From the NCBI GenBank assembly GCA_040285745.1, contig JAUFOR010000008.1, forward strand, positions 1,054,001 through 1,118,000: a DNA stretch of 64,000 nt, read 5' to 3'. Every line of letters begins with the position of its first letter. The first letter of the stretch is position 1. Below are positions 1-11,250 of this stretch, piece after piece. The notes beneath the pieces were generated by a model. It was not told the origin of the DNA. It saw nothing but the letters and a program-made list of their open reading frames with translations, and ran no database searches. The DNA is from Barthelona sp. PCE (taxonomy: Eukaryota). Made by a program: the position numbers and the translations under genes.

Positions 1-2181
1 CATGAACGTTGGGAAGAACGACCACAGTCCCTTGATGAGCATACGGTGGAAGAAGCTCAGAAAGACACGGACGGGGGATGGAAATGTCTCGCATAATTCA
101 ACAAGATGTTGCCCAACATGAAAATCAAAGCTACATATACGGTCGGGACTATGGAGTGGAGTGGAAATTCTGTTAACATTAATAGCTTTACGGTCTTCCG
201 CGGAGAGTATGACGAACATCAGAGGAGGCATATCTAATGCCCTGTAAAGGGTCTCGCAATGTGAGAATATCGTCTTAGTATTATTGGGATTCTCCTCGAA
301 AACACGAAACTTCCTTGCACCCATATCAATCAAGCCCAGGAAGCGCTCTTCGTCGCCAACTGTAGATTTTCGGGTGGGTTCAACGGGGTTTGCCTCAAAA
401 TTGAGTAACGGAAAATAAACCTCTTCGAGGAAATGCAAAAAAACTGCTTCATTCTCACAACTTCCAAAGAGCTGCAGTGAAAGGCTGTGTAAAACATCAA
501 TGAAGATATGAGATCTGTCCAAGTTCGCTTGTAAAACGTCAAAAAGTGCTGAGAATACATTGTAACCGGACAAACTGGTCTTTTGGAAGAATCCGTCCAT
601 GTTGTCACGCTGTTTCCCCACCAGGGAGCACAGAGCGATGGACATATGGGTAAAACTGGAATCGTTTAGTCGGTGGGTCGATGAAAAAAACTGAGAGTAT
701 AAAAGCACCCTAAACTTATCATTTCTGTAATCTCCGTTGAATAAAACGTCTAGAACAACCGTCCATACCGTCATTATCCAGTCAGGGAGGCAATGCAACA
801 CGAAAAGAATGATGTTGACTGTCTTGTGATGAGAGCATCCCATTAGCACTGTGAGGCAAGTTGTTAACAACTCCATGTCCTCCTTTAGCACGATGCAGAG
901 CATCAGATGCATGAAGCAGAACGAGAGCGTGTCAAGGGAGTAGGATGCAATAAGGTCGATCATGCCATTCGTAAAGGTGCGCAAAACAGTTCCGGAATAA
1001 TCATCAGCAATTGAGGGATTGCAGCTCATGTACACGATTGAGTTGCTCAGTATCTCCAGCGTGTAGACGCACGTTGATATAAGAGAAGAAGTGGTGTACA
1101 TCGATGGGTCACGAACAGTAAAAACGTTAAAAATTTTGTGCTTAAAAACCTCATTTTCAGCTTGAAGTGCAGTCTTACAAATGGATAAAATCTGCACTAT
1201 TCTCTTAATTGCGACGTGAACTGAACGCAAAAAGAAGCAGCGATCAATAACTGTGAAAACACAGCAAATACCATATACTGCAAGACCAGTTCTCAGTAAA
1301 TTTAACCTTTTAGTATTTGCGTTGAGGATACTGACCAGCCCATCGAACAGTTTATCTGCCATTTCATTTTTACCTTTCGAAGAAAAACCAATAATTGCAC
1401 CACTAACCAACTTGATATAACCAACGAATAAATCATTAGGAATATTTTTTGAAGTGATGACACGAATTAACTTTCTATATAACATATGATCAAAGTCACT
1501 TTGGAAATCAATCATCGTGTCTCCGAATCTTAGAAATATATTACTCAACAATGTTAATGCTAATACAGGTGTAAAAGGTCTCGAAACATTAGGGTCTATG
1601 ATGCTTGTTGTGAGTAGTACGAATATTTCATAGGCGTAATCCTTACTTTCGTTAAAAAAGTGATCAATAATTTGTTCCAAAACAGCGAGTGCAGTATTCC
1701 TGCTAAACCCGCTATAATTTCGATCACATAGTCCTAGGACGACCAGCATCATCCTCATGTACTTTAAGGAGATGTTTTCTGACGGTACAGTGGTGCCCAA
1801 CAAAAGAGTGAGTTGAGAAATACGAAGAATTACTTCTTCCTGTGCACGACCTCCCGAAACAATCTCATGGAGTTCACTAACGATGGTCCCAATGGCAGAT
1901 GACGGGTATGCGTTGTGCTGAACGAGAAGTTGAAGACTATTGAGCACTGGAATGTGCACCTTAGAATACTTTGGGTGCAAGCATAGCAAAAATGGACGAA
2001 TTATGTCATCATCTGTGGCGTTAGCTTCGCGGAAATCGTTGACTGAAACAGATTCTTGCCCCAAAAGCTGTAACAAGCGAACATTAGCAATATCACATGC
2101 CTGTAAGATCAATGTTTGTCGTTTAAGGCCGTCTCTGACAGCCTGTAAACTGCCCAGAAGGCTCTTAACCGTATAATTCAT
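1..2181 (-). CDS. MON2/Sec7-family N-terminal DCB/HEAT protein, partial (runs off the left edge; absent from the ORF track)
   Basis: ATG at 2181 gives MNYTVKSLLGSLQAVRDGLKRQ...IIRPFLLCLHPKYSKVHIPVLNSLQLLVQHNAYP...EEVILRISQ...RNTALAVLEQII, matching the DCB pattern (RPFLLAC..K..K....L..LQ.L..H; NTA.A.L.Q). The same frame is open at positions 1-60; not every intervening codon was checked. Confidence 0.7.
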   Translation of the reverse strand, partial: MNYTVKSLLGSLQAVRDGLKRQTLILQACDIANVRLLQLLGQESVSVNDFREANATDDDIIRPFLLCLHPKYSKVHIPVLNSLQLLVQHNAYPSSAIGTIVSELHEIVSGGRAQEEVILRISQLTLLLGTTVPSENISLKYMRMMLVVLGLCDRNYSGFSRNTALAVLEQIIDHFFNESKDYAYEIFVLLTTSIIDPNVSRPFTPVLALTLLSNIFLRFGDTMIDFQSDFDHMLYRKLIRVITSKNIPNDLFVGYIKLVSGAIIGFSSKGKNEMADKLFDGLVSILNANTKRLNLLRTGLAVYGICCVFTVIDRCFFLRSVHVAIKRIVQILSICKTALQAENEVFKHKIFNVFTVRDPSMYTTSSLISTCVYTLEILSNSIVYMSCNPSIADDYSGTVLRTFTNGMIDLIASYSLDTLSFCFMHLMLCIVLKEDMELLTTCLTVLMGCSHHKTVNIILFVLHCLPDWIMTVWTVVLDVLFNGDYRNDKFRVLLYSQFFSSTHRLNDSSFTHMSIALCSLVGKQRDNMDGFFQKTSLSGYNVFSALFDVLQANLDRSHIFIDVLHSLSLQLFGSCENEAVFLHFLEEVYFPLLNFEANPVEPTRKSTVGDEERFLGLIDMGARKFRVFEENPNNTKTIFSHCETLYRALDMPPLMFVILSAEDRKAINVNRISTPLHSPDRICSFDFHVGQHLVELCETFPSPVRVFLSFFHRMLIKGLWSFFPTFM

Positions 2182-2256
2182 GTTAAAAAAAAGTAAAGAA
2201 ATACACAACAATGTTTGTATCAATGCTTTTTCATTGTAACACCTTTTCACATATAA

Positions 2257-3486
2257 ATGAGTACGAAAAGCAGACAGATCTTTTACAGGGCACTTCTCAC
2301 ACAGCTTGAAGACGACTTACTCTTCGATGTTGCTGAGAAATTACAGGAGGCAACTGGACTCACTAAATTGGACTGTCCCTCAAACATTTTGGTCCAAAAC
2401 ACCAGGGAAGCACTACAGGACTATGATAAACAGATTGTGAGTGATGAATTTTTCGACATTGATCGTTTTGGTTCAGAAAGACCTTCATTCATCAACTTTG
2501 ATCAGACCTCAAGGGAGCATCTCTTTGCGTTCAACCACCACAAGTCAGTTTCATCCACCAGCTTTAGCTCAGACGGTTTGTTTTTTGCTAGTGGCAGTCA
2601 TGATGCCAGTATCCGAATTTTCAATGTACCAAAGGTCGCTTCCGTCATACACAAGCGCAAAACAGACGGAGATATTGTGAACAACATTAAACCACTCATT
2701 CACACAGTTTCATGCTTCAATGCTCCAGTTACAAAGTTAAAATTCCACCCTGAGGCACCTTTCCTCGCCGCTGCAGCCGAGAACGAGCTGCGACTGCTTA
2801 ATTGTATGCATGATGGAGCTCATGTTCGTAAGGTAGACTGGACCTTCCAAAGTGTTAAGACAAATAGGAGAATCAGGGATTTCTCCTTCACGTCAGGTGG
2901 CGAATACATCGCTCTGGCATGCGATGACCCTAGTTACTATCTTTATTCACTTGAAACTGGTGATATCCTTACACATAGCAGCGATGAAGTTCCGAACGCT
3001 TCACTCACAGCCATCACTACCAACAGCGCGAACTCTACAATAGTTACTGGATCACAGGACGGTGTGGTGGCCTTCTGGCAGAACAGTCAGATGGTCTATG
3101 GTCTGCAGCCTCATGAAGGTCAGGGTATTGCGCAATTAGAACAACAAGGTGATTACCTAATCACGAGTGGATATGATAACAACCTGTGCGTTTTCGATGT
3201 TCGTAACATGACTGAGCCAGTATCGAGGTTTATTATCGACAGAGAGGGTAACACCCCTTGCTTCACCCTCGCCCGTAATTGTCTAATCACACCCACTATT
3301 CTGCATAAAGGCAATCGTAAATCAGTTGGACTTGCTGTCTGTGATATTTACTCATCGCAGATAAAGACCGTTGAGTCGGGACACACTGATGTAATTCTCA
3401 GTCTTGATTACAATCCTTCCCGTGGTCTTCTTGCAACTGGTTCTAATGATACATACTGCAGAATCGGACCTAAAATGAAGAAATAG
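2257..3486 (+). CDS. CSTF1: WD40 protein, cleavage stimulation factor 50 kDa subunit-like
   Basis: N-terminal RQIFYRALLTQLEDD resembles the CstF-50 dimerisation helix. WD repeats FSSDGLFFASGSHDASIRIF and KPLIHT...VTKLKFHP follow the CstF-50 order. Confidence 0.7.
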   Translation: MSTKSRQIFYRALLTQLEDDLLFDVAEKLQEATGLTKLDCPSNILVQNTREALQDYDKQIVSDEFFDIDRFGSERPSFINFDQTSREHLFAFNHHKSVSSTSFSSDGLFFASGSHDASIRIFNVPKVASVIHKRKTDGDIVNNIKPLIHTVSCFNAPVTKLKFHPEAPFLAAAAENELRLLNCMHDGAHVRKVDWTFQSVKTNRRIRDFSFTSGGEYIALACDDPSYYLYSLETGDILTHSSDEVPNASLTAITTNSANSTIVTGSQDGVVAFWQNSQMVYGLQPHEGQGIAQLEQQGDYLITSGYDNNLCVFDVRNMTEPVSRFIIDREGNTPCFTLARNCLITPTILHKGNRKSVGLAVCDIYSSQIKTVESGHTDVILSLDYNPSRGLLATGSNDTYCRIGPKMKK

Positions 3487-3587
3487 AATAAATCACGTTT
3501 ATTTAATTAGTTTTGCTCAATACATGTATTATATCTGACCCAAAAAAATTTGTTACAGAAAACAGCATTATGAAAAAGCATAATAAT

Positions 3588-5102
3588 TTAACCTTTTACG
3601 ACTGCGACAGGACGCAGACGAGCAACCTTCTTAGAGAAGCCAACAGTGTGTACTGTGTCAATAACATCCTCAATGTTCTTATAAGCATCAACTGCCTCCT
3701 CCTTTACGAGGTTCTGAGAGGCAACCTTAAGAACAATCTTCTTTTCCTCGAGATCCTGCAAGATGGCATTGGTATCGAGTTGGCGACGTGCGGCATGACG
3801 TGAACGAGTACGGCCAGCACCATGACAGGTTGAGCCGAAAGTCTCGCCCCACTTTTCTGTACCGACCAGGATGTAAGAGGCAGTTCCCATTGTACCACCA
3901 ATGAGAACGGGCTGACCGATCTCCTGATAATCTGCTGGAATCATGGGGTGGTGAGGAGGGAATGCACGTGTAGCACCCTTACGATGCACAAGTAATCTCT
4001 TTGTCTCTCCATCTACAATGTGCTCCTCCATCTTGGCGATGTTGTGGGACACATCATAGATGAGGTGCATGTCAAGCTCCTCTGGGGTCTTGTCAAAAAC
4101 GTTAGCAAACGACTGACGGGCGAGGTGTGTAATCACCTGACGGTTTGCAAATGCGTAGTTGGCAGCGGCGCCCATTGCCTTGAGGTAGCGCTCACCGGCC
4201 TCAGAGTTGATATGGGCGCATGCAAGCTGGGGATCGTTGGTAGGGATGGTGGAATCCTTCATCTCACGAAGAGAATCTGTGGCGACCTGATGGCCGAGAC
4301 CACGGGAACCAGTGTGGATCATGAGGACGATCTGGCCGATCTCAAGACCCATAACGGCGGCAGCCTCTTCATCAAAAATCTCATCAATTCGCTGAACCTC
4401 AATATAGTGGTTTCCGGCACCCAATGTACCGAGTTGGTTACAGCCACGCTTGAGCGCACGCTTAGAGATGACACGGGAATCAGCAGACAACATACGGCCC
4501 TGTTCTTCACAGTGTTCCTTATCCTCAGGCCAAGCATAACCGGCCTTGATTGCCCAATCGACACCCTGCTCGAGAACACGACGGAGTGCGTCAGTTCCTA
4601 ACTTAACAGGACCCTTCTGACCAACACCGACAGGGATATTGTTGAAAAGCTCTTGTGCCAACCGATTGATTGTTTCCTCATCGAGGTCCTCGTGCTGCAG
4701 GTTGGTACGGAGCATACGAACACCACAGTTGATGTCAAAACCAACACCGCCTGGTGATACAATGGCTTCTTCATCATCCATGTCAAAAGCAGCTACACCA
4801 CCAATTGAAAAGCCATAGCCCGCGTGGATATCGGGCATGGCCATACTGTTGCCCACAATACCTGGAAGGCTTGCTACATTGGCAACCTGCTTTAATGCGG
4901 GAATAAATCCGTTGGCTCTGGTTTTGGCAGCGGATAACTCTTCGAACATGAGGGGAACAAGCTCATCCTTCAGATAGAAAGTTGCGCTAGTCTTCATCTC
5001 AGGGACGAAACCTGGCTTGATTACATATGTACAGTCTGCGACTCGTTCGATGAACTCCTGATATTCCTCAGGGATTTCGAATACTTCAGCTTGCTCAGAC
5101 AT
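3588..5102 (-). CDS. RTCB: RNA-splicing ligase RtcB
   Basis: [62 protein letters not shown] motifs. Confidence 0.98.
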   Translation of the reverse strand: MSEQAEVFEIPEEYQEFIERVADCTYVIKPGFVPEMKTSATFYLKDELVPLMFEELSAAKTRANGFIPALKQVANVASLPGIVGNSMAMPDIHAGYGFSIGGVAAFDMDDEEAIVSPGGVGFDINCGVRMLRTNLQHEDLDEETINRLAQELFNNIPVGVGQKGPVKLGTDALRRVLEQGVDWAIKAGYAWPEDKEHCEEQGRMLSADSRVISKRALKRGCNQLGTLGAGNHYIEVQRIDEIFDEEAAAVMGLEIGQIVLMIHTGSRGLGHQVATDSLREMKDSTIPTNDPQLACAHINSEAGERYLKAMGAAANYAFANRQVITHLARQSFANVFDKTPEELDMHLIYDVSHNIAKMEEHIVDGETKRLLVHRKGATRAFPPHHPMIPADYQEIGQPVLIGGTMGTASYILVGTEKWGETFGSTCHGAGRTRSRHAARRQLDTNAILQDLEEKKIVLKVASQNLVKEEAVDAYKNIEDVIDTVHTVGFSKKVARLRPVAVVKG

Positions 5103-5287
5103 TCTTTAAAAAAAAGAAGAAAAGAAGAAAAAAAAGGAAAAGTACATAATCAACTATTTTACTCCGCTCACAGTTGTTGTGTAGCTTTGAAAAAGAAAAA
5201 TGCACCTGTCCTATTAATACAAAGCGTGAGTAGTTGCTAGAAAAGTTGCCTGACTGAGAGCTCACATGTGGATCATGTCTTTTTTAC

Positions 5288-7144
5288 TCATTCCGGTGAA
5301 AGGGGTGAAAGAGGAGGTGTGAAAGGTGTCAGTGGTGAGATTGGAACAGCAGATGGTTGAATTGTAAGAGGAGTTAAAGGACTTTCAAGAAAATCATTCT
5401 TCTGCTGACCATGTACAGGAGTTACCAATGTATCTTCCATGAATGAGATCTCTGGCACCATTGAAGGGGTGGATTCCGGCACTTTATAGTCCTCAATACG
5501 CTCCATTTCTGCACGTTGGATTTCTGCACCATCTGTTTTAGCCAATAGGGCTTGTAAAACCACATGCCATGCCACCTTGTCTGCCCTATGCTTTTCTTCC
5601 TCGAGGGAGAGCTGTGCTACCCTTAACCTTTGATCAAAAGCAAACACCTCGCTCTCAAACAACCTTTTCTTTAAATTCTCGAACAATTCCGAAAAATCAT
5701 CAATATTTGCGGGCTCTATGACACGCGGAAGCTGTGTTAGAGGCCTGTGGGTGAGTATCTGAGGTGTATATGCGTTTTCATGGTCGTCTTCCAAAAACAA
5801 AGCTTGAATTTCGCTCTCAAACTGCCGCTGCTCCTTCTCATACTTACCCAACAAGAAATGCCTCATCTCCGCATCGACCTTTGCCAGGGAGTTGTACATG
5901 TTACTGACTGTGGGTGGTAACTTTGCTGGTTCAAAAAGACCTCGCCTGAATGATAAAGCTTGTGGTGATTGCGCATTACCTCCACCCTTGCTCTCCACCA
6001 AGCGCTGCTTTAGTGACTCTACCTCGGCCCTCAGCCTCACTATCTCAACGTTAGCTTCGTTTATGTCTGTGTATCCCAAATTCTCAAAATTATTCTGCAC
6101 ATTAGATCTAATACCCATGCATCTGTTTCCAAATTGAAGCGTGCTATATGTCTCCTGAGACTGAAATATTGAACTCGATAGACAACATATCATACTAGTC
6201 AGTCCTTTACCGCTCAACTGATCGCGTAACAAAAACGTTAGTTTCGAGTCTCGATAACCAATATGTGATGCATTCTCGTTCGTTAATGCTGCTACCACGT
6301 TACCGAGCGCATGTAGCCCTGTGTTGATAGCCTTGGCCTCCTCCAAACGCTGTCCCTTACTCTTTGTTTTCTTAACACGCTCACTTCCTGCCAGATCAAC
6401 CAACATCAACTTGGAATACGTAGATTTGTAGTGGAACTTCAGTTCTATGATGGTGTGCGCGCGTGAACTGGTAAGATTCATCCATGTGGGGGCCATAATT
6501 CGGTTGTGTAAGGCTCTGTTCAAAGTTCCAACAGCTGCTTCATAACAGTCAACGTCAACTTCCCTCACATTCTGCAAATACGTGCCCTTTTCCGGGTGAT
6601 TTCGGATCGTAATGGTGGAAGAGGGTGTATCTGGCTCCAGTAAATCCTGAAATGCACCAGTATACAACTGAACCATCGACATTGTCAACCGCCATTCACT
6701 CTTTTCAACTTCTGACAGTAATTCAAATACATGCGACAGCGCACGCGGCACTATGCCCGTCGCTGATGTGATTGGTGCACTAGCATCAGTCTCATTGAGG
6801 AGGCCCATTGTGTAAGTCTTGCCTGTTCCCGTTTGTCCGTAGACCAGACAAGCGCAATGGTATCCACGCAGGAAAAAGTTAACTACGTCGTCGACTGACT
6901 CATCGTATACTTCTTGCTGGGTACAGCCCTCCGGAAAAACGCTATCAAACTGAAATTGTCGAGTCTCATCCCCCAATGCGTATAGGACCGAATCACCGTC
7001 GTGTGGCGATGGAGCAAGGACTGGAATGAATCCTGGCGTTTCCGCTTCAGATCTAAAAACGGGTTTGATGCGAACCGCGACCTGTACGCACTCCGGTACG
7101 TCGTACTCTCCGCTTTCGCTGTTTGGTTTGCCGTGTGTGCTCAT
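5288..7144 (-). CDS. Kinesin with N-terminal motor domain
   Basis: VAVRIKP, P-loop GQTGTGKT, SSRAH, LVDLAGSE, HIGYRDSKLT; coiled-coil tail. Confidence 0.97.
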   Translation of the reverse strand: MSTHGKPNSESGEYDVPECVQVAVRIKPVFRSEAETPGFIPVLAPSPHDGDSVLYALGDETRQFQFDSVFPEGCTQQEVYDESVDDVVNFFLRGYHCACLVYGQTGTGKTYTMGLLNETDASAPITSATGIVPRALSHVFELLSEVEKSEWRLTMSMVQLYTGAFQDLLEPDTPSSTITIRNHPEKGTYLQNVREVDVDCYEAAVGTLNRALHNRIMAPTWMNLTSSRAHTIIELKFHYKSTYSKLMLVDLAGSERVKKTKSKGQRLEEAKAINTGLHALGNVVAALTNENASHIGYRDSKLTFLLRDQLSGKGLTSMICCLSSSIFQSQETYSTLQFGNRCMGIRSNVQNNFENLGYTDINEANVEIVRLRAEVESLKQRLVESKGGGNAQSPQALSFRRGLFEPAKLPPTVSNMYNSLAKVDAEMRHFLLGKYEKEQRQFESEIQALFLEDDHENAYTPQILTHRPLTQLPRVIEPANIDDFSELFENLKKRLFESEVFAFDQRLRVAQLSLEEEKHRADKVAWHVVLQALLAKTDGAEIQRAEMERIEDYKVPESTPSMVPEISFMEDTLVTPVHGQQKNDFLESPLTPLTIQPSAVPISPLTPFTPPLSPLSPE

Positions 7145-7459
7145 CTGTGCCCCATAAAACCAACAAAAATGTGTGAAAAGAGTTAGCTATGTAATAATGC
7201 TATATGATGAGCTAATTTGTGTCAGAGCCCGATTAAACGCATCAAGTTCAACTGAGCATTATGCAAATACTGTGTATAATTAAATGTAATGCCAAAACAT
7301 GAACAGGTTGTCACATCATGCCTCTATACTTTTTAAACGTAACAGTTGACATCGAATTGGTGAGTTAACGCTGCCAAGAGAAAGTAAAATTTCAGTAAAC
7401 CTGCATTCACAAAAACATATCCATTTCTGTACAGTTTTTATGGACTAGCATATTTCAGC

Positions 7460-9325
7460 ATGAGCGTTTATCGAGCCCCTGCATTCCAGCTTAAACCACC
7501 ACCTAAGCTGTCCCGAGTACTTGAATTCCACCAAGTACCATCTATACAGGCTATCACAGCTCTTTTACAGTGGCATGATGGGTATCTCAAAGGCGAGCGT
7601 GAGCTAGAAGACCACCCATGCGCGGTAGAACCAGTTGCGCGAAACAGCGATGAGAGCCTGCTCTTTCAAGTTCTTAGCAAAAACGTTTCTAGTCTTGTTC
7701 GTGCAACCCTCGTTTACAACGGGTTCCTGCACACGTCCACGTCCAAAGCAAACCTTACTTGGTCTTCAGATTGTCCTCGACTGGACAAGTTCTCAAAGCT
7801 AAAGCAGCACACATGGATCAACCACCACCCCAGGATATACGAACTCACGCATAAAGACCGCATGATTGTTAATTTTGAGCGGATGATGCAAATCAATGGT
7901 GATGCTTTTGGAGATTTTTTACCTAAATCATTTATCCTACCTGCTGAAGAGGATCTTTTGTGTGAATACATGGACCCAAACAGCAAGTATATCATCAAGC
8001 CTGCCCGTGGACGTAGGGGAGAACGCATCACAGTATCACTAGGAAGAGACATTTTGATTAGTAATCCTTGGGAAGAACGTAACAGTCAGCAGCCGACGAT
8101 GTTCGTTGTGTCTGATTACGTGGACCCGCCTTTTTTGGTTCGCGGACGTAAACATGACATACGAATTTATGTACTGCTATATTCAGTTAATCCCATGGTT
8201 GTTTTCATCTATGAAGAAGGTCTTGTCCGGTTAGCAAGCGAGGAGTACGATGAAAACGCCACAGAATTTAATGAAATGAGAGATTTGACAAATTTTTCTC
8301 TTAACAAACACAATGCAACTTCTGATGATATTAAAATGTGTATGAAGGAGTATATGAGGACATACCCAGCAATATGGGAGCAAATTAAGACAATCGTGTT
8401 GCGCTCATGTACGGCTTACACCCATCACTATCCTAGCGTGAATTATGAAAAGTACGAAAGCCCAAAGTGTTTTAGTTTATTAGGGTTTGATGTTATGGTC
8501 GATGCGAACATGCAAGCGTGGTTGTTAGAGGTAAATATGTCCCCTTCTTTGAATCACAACAACTGTGAACTGGATTTTAAGGTAAAAAGTCGTTTGATGA
8601 GTGATATATTTAATATAATTGGAGTCAGACGTATATTTAGAAACCAGAGCATCAAAAAAAGAAAGAAAAAACGTAAAGAATGGCAGAATACTGTTACAAG
8701 AGATGAAAGTATAACTGCAACAGAACGCATGATCATAACCTCCAAATCTACCGCTTCATTGCGTTCTCCTATGAACAGGTCCATGGAAAACATCATTGAG
8801 TGTCAGGGAATTGAAGAGGAAAAACAATATCTTGAAGGTTTAACCAAAGATAAACAAAGAATGCGTAAAGAATTATTTAGTGTATTAAAACGATCTGAAA
8901 CAACCCAATTTGAGTGTCTGTTCCCCACTGTAGAATCTAAAATTACAGAAGAGCTCATTTCATGTATGCCAGAAAAAATGTCTCTCATTAACTCGATTTT
9001 ACATGAATGGGTGAAAGAGAATCCTTTAAAGAAATGCCCAAAGCAGCTGATCTTCCCAGAATTAGATAAAGAAGAGATGAGTGAATTCTTCAACGAGAAA
9101 ACACTGTCTAAATCGACATCGTCGCCTGTGATTTCTTTGCATAGTAATAATAAGGGTAAAAGAAGGTCCAGGAAGGTAACACAGAGTGCTTTATTGAGGC
9201 AATTGCACACATCTAGAGAATCTGTGAGTAGGCAAAAGAAGAAACGTAAAGAACGTGCAACAAGTGCTATCCCTAAGAAACGACGCCCTATCTCAATTCG
9301 AAGTGTTGAGTTTTCAAGTAAATAA
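7460..9325 (+). CDS. Tubulin-tyrosine ligase-like protein (probable polyglutamylase)
   Basis: YIIKPARGRRGERI, KHDIRIYV, EGLVRLA, LTNFSLNK, LLGFDVMVD...WLLEVNMSPS. Confidence 0.93.
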   Translation: MSVYRAPAFQLKPPPKLSRVLEFHQVPSIQAITALLQWHDGYLKGERELEDHPCAVEPVARNSDESLLFQVLSKNVSSLVRATLVYNGFLHTSTSKANLTWSSDCPRLDKFSKLKQHTWINHHPRIYELTHKDRMIVNFERMMQINGDAFGDFLPKSFILPAEEDLLCEYMDPNSKYIIKPARGRRGERITVSLGRDILISNPWEERNSQQPTMFVVSDYVDPPFLVRGRKHDIRIYVLLYSVNPMVVFIYEEGLVRLASEEYDENATEFNEMRDLTNFSLNKHNATSDDIKMCMKEYMRTYPAIWEQIKTIVLRSCTAYTHHYPSVNYEKYESPKCFSLLGFDVMVDANMQAWLLEVNMSPSLNHNNCELDFKVKSRLMSDIFNIIGVRRIFRNQSIKKRKKKRKEWQNTVTRDESITATERMIITSKSTASLRSPMNRSMENIIECQGIEEEKQYLEGLTKDKQRMRKELFSVLKRSETTQFECLFPTVESKITEELISCMPEKMSLINSILHEWVKENPLKKCPKQLIFPELDKEEMSEFFNEKTLSKSTSSPVISLHSNNKGKRRSRKVTQSALLRQLHTSRESVSRQKKKRKERATSAIPKKRRPISIRSVEFSSK

Positions 9326-9704
9326 GCACCCTGCTATGAAAATGCTCAGCATTGCTTCCTAAATGTCAAAGTGTTGTGTATCATCTTTCATAGGTGACAA
9401 ATCTTTCTCACTGAGATAAACATGTTCAGAATAAATGTGGTCAGTGTTAAAAAACTTTTTTTGCATTGTAGTTCTAATTTAAAATAAGCTAATATACTTT
9501 TTGGGTGATTCAAAGTTCTTAAAGTTTGAGAATGCTAAAAAAGTTTTAAAAAAAGCTCCTTCACATTCATCCACATCACCTTTTATAATAGGCTTCATAT
9601 ATTATGATTCATCATAACGTACTTTAAAAAATCTCATCAATCAATGCATTATAAAGTTTATAAACCGAATTTTCTTTGAATAATTTTTTTTTCATATCAT
9701 TCAA

Positions 9705-10913
9705 ATGGTATTTGTTGTTCGCGCCCAGTTAACGAGTCAAGAATATGATAACCCTGTCCATGTTACAGTCAGTTTTACCGAAACAGAAAGAGGATATGTG
9801 TCTATTCATTTCGACAACATAGAGCATCCACAGAAGGTTTTTGGAGTTCATCAATTTTTCAAGGACCTTGATGTCTCTGCAAAGCGATTAAAATCACCAG
9901 AAATTGGAATACTGGATTTTGAAATTAACGATCGCGAAAGTCTTGAGTTATCTCAACTTTCTCTAACCCATTCTCAGTCCCATATGGATAAACTTGTACA
10001 AGAAACTGACAGTATTGAACTGAACGAAAACTTTGATGAATTCAGTTTCGTTGAAAGTGAAAGTGAAGGCGACCCCTTTCCGGTATTGAACAATAATGAG
10101 TCCATGAACAATGATTTCAATCATTTGATTAATGGTGTTATCCATGCACGTAGACAACCTTCCTTTCGTCTTGAACTTAACCGTGGTAATAGTTCAGTAA
10201 GAGAAAGAACTCTTCAGAAATCCGTAAGTGATCTGAATACAGCTGCAATAAGTGATTCGATTTGGGATAACCCAGGCAATCAGTTTATGGGACAAGCATA
10301 CGAGGAACCTTCATCAGAAGAGAGTATTAGTGGTGCTAATATGAGATCTATCGTCACTGGAGCAGGCCAAATGGTCAATTCGCCATATATTGAGAGGGAA
10401 CTGGACACACAACATGGCACACCAGAACAGATTAACGGCAACATGATAAATTATGGCCCAATTATAAATGAAGACGATAAGATACATAGCGATACTAAAA
10501 CTGAAGGAGTAGTTGTCAATCAACTTGATAGTAATGGTTCATTCAACTCTTTTGAACTTGAACAGCCATATAATATCAACATTGTTCTTACTGGACAGAA
10601 TTCTTCTGAAATATCACAAAAAAGAGAAGCATCCACAGCTGATGAGCAATTAAATAAGTTTAAAAAGCTTCAGAAAAGGTTTCAACAACAACAAAAATTT
10701 TTCAAAAGATGTGGTGTTTCTCAAGAATATCTATATTCACTATCTGGAATCAATGCATTTCTTTCAAATAAGAAAGGCTACCTCAAAGTTTATGGAGAAG
10801 CTGAAACTTCCAACAGTACCGACGTAATAACTTTAATACATAGGAGAGAGGCTATTGATATGAGCCTGGTAACGCAAAATGTTGACATTACAGGTGTTCC
10901 TCGCAACATTTAA
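9705..10913 (+). CDS. Hypothetical protein
   Basis: 402-aa ATG-initiated ORF between AT-rich spacers; no motif recognised. Confidence 0.6.
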   Translation: MVFVVRAQLTSQEYDNPVHVTVSFTETERGYVSIHFDNIEHPQKVFGVHQFFKDLDVSAKRLKSPEIGILDFEINDRESLELSQLSLTHSQSHMDKLVQETDSIELNENFDEFSFVESESEGDPFPVLNNNESMNNDFNHLINGVIHARRQPSFRLELNRGNSSVRERTLQKSVSDLNTAAISDSIWDNPGNQFMGQAYEEPSSEESISGANMRSIVTGAGQMVNSPYIERELDTQHGTPEQINGNMINYGPIINEDDKIHSDTKTEGVVVNQLDSNGSFNSFELEQPYNINIVLTGQNSSEISQKREASTADEQLNKFKKLQKRFQQQQKFFKRCGVSQEYLYSLSGINAFLSNKKGYLKVYGEAETSNSTDVITLIHRREAIDMSLVTQNVDITGVPRNI

Positions 10914-11250
10914 GGAGATTAAGTTTTGTTTTTTCATTGTTTTTTGCTGATTTCTTGCAGTAATTATAATCTAAAAATCACGTGTAAAATTTGTTTCAAA
11001 CACCTTAAGCTCATTTGAATTTAATCAGACACTTACAGTATTTCTGAATTCAGCAAATATTCTTCAGCATTAGCATGTGTCCCGTATCGCATTAAAGAGG
11101 TGTTTCAATGTTACTCGAAGAAATTAAAAAAAAGCTCACCCTTACAGTATACTTTTTTTTCTTTAAACAGAATTACCGTTAATTTTGGAAAGTCCAAAAC
11201 AAAAAAAGGCCAAGCATTACTTAAAAATTAAATTTTCGCGTTAGAACAGA

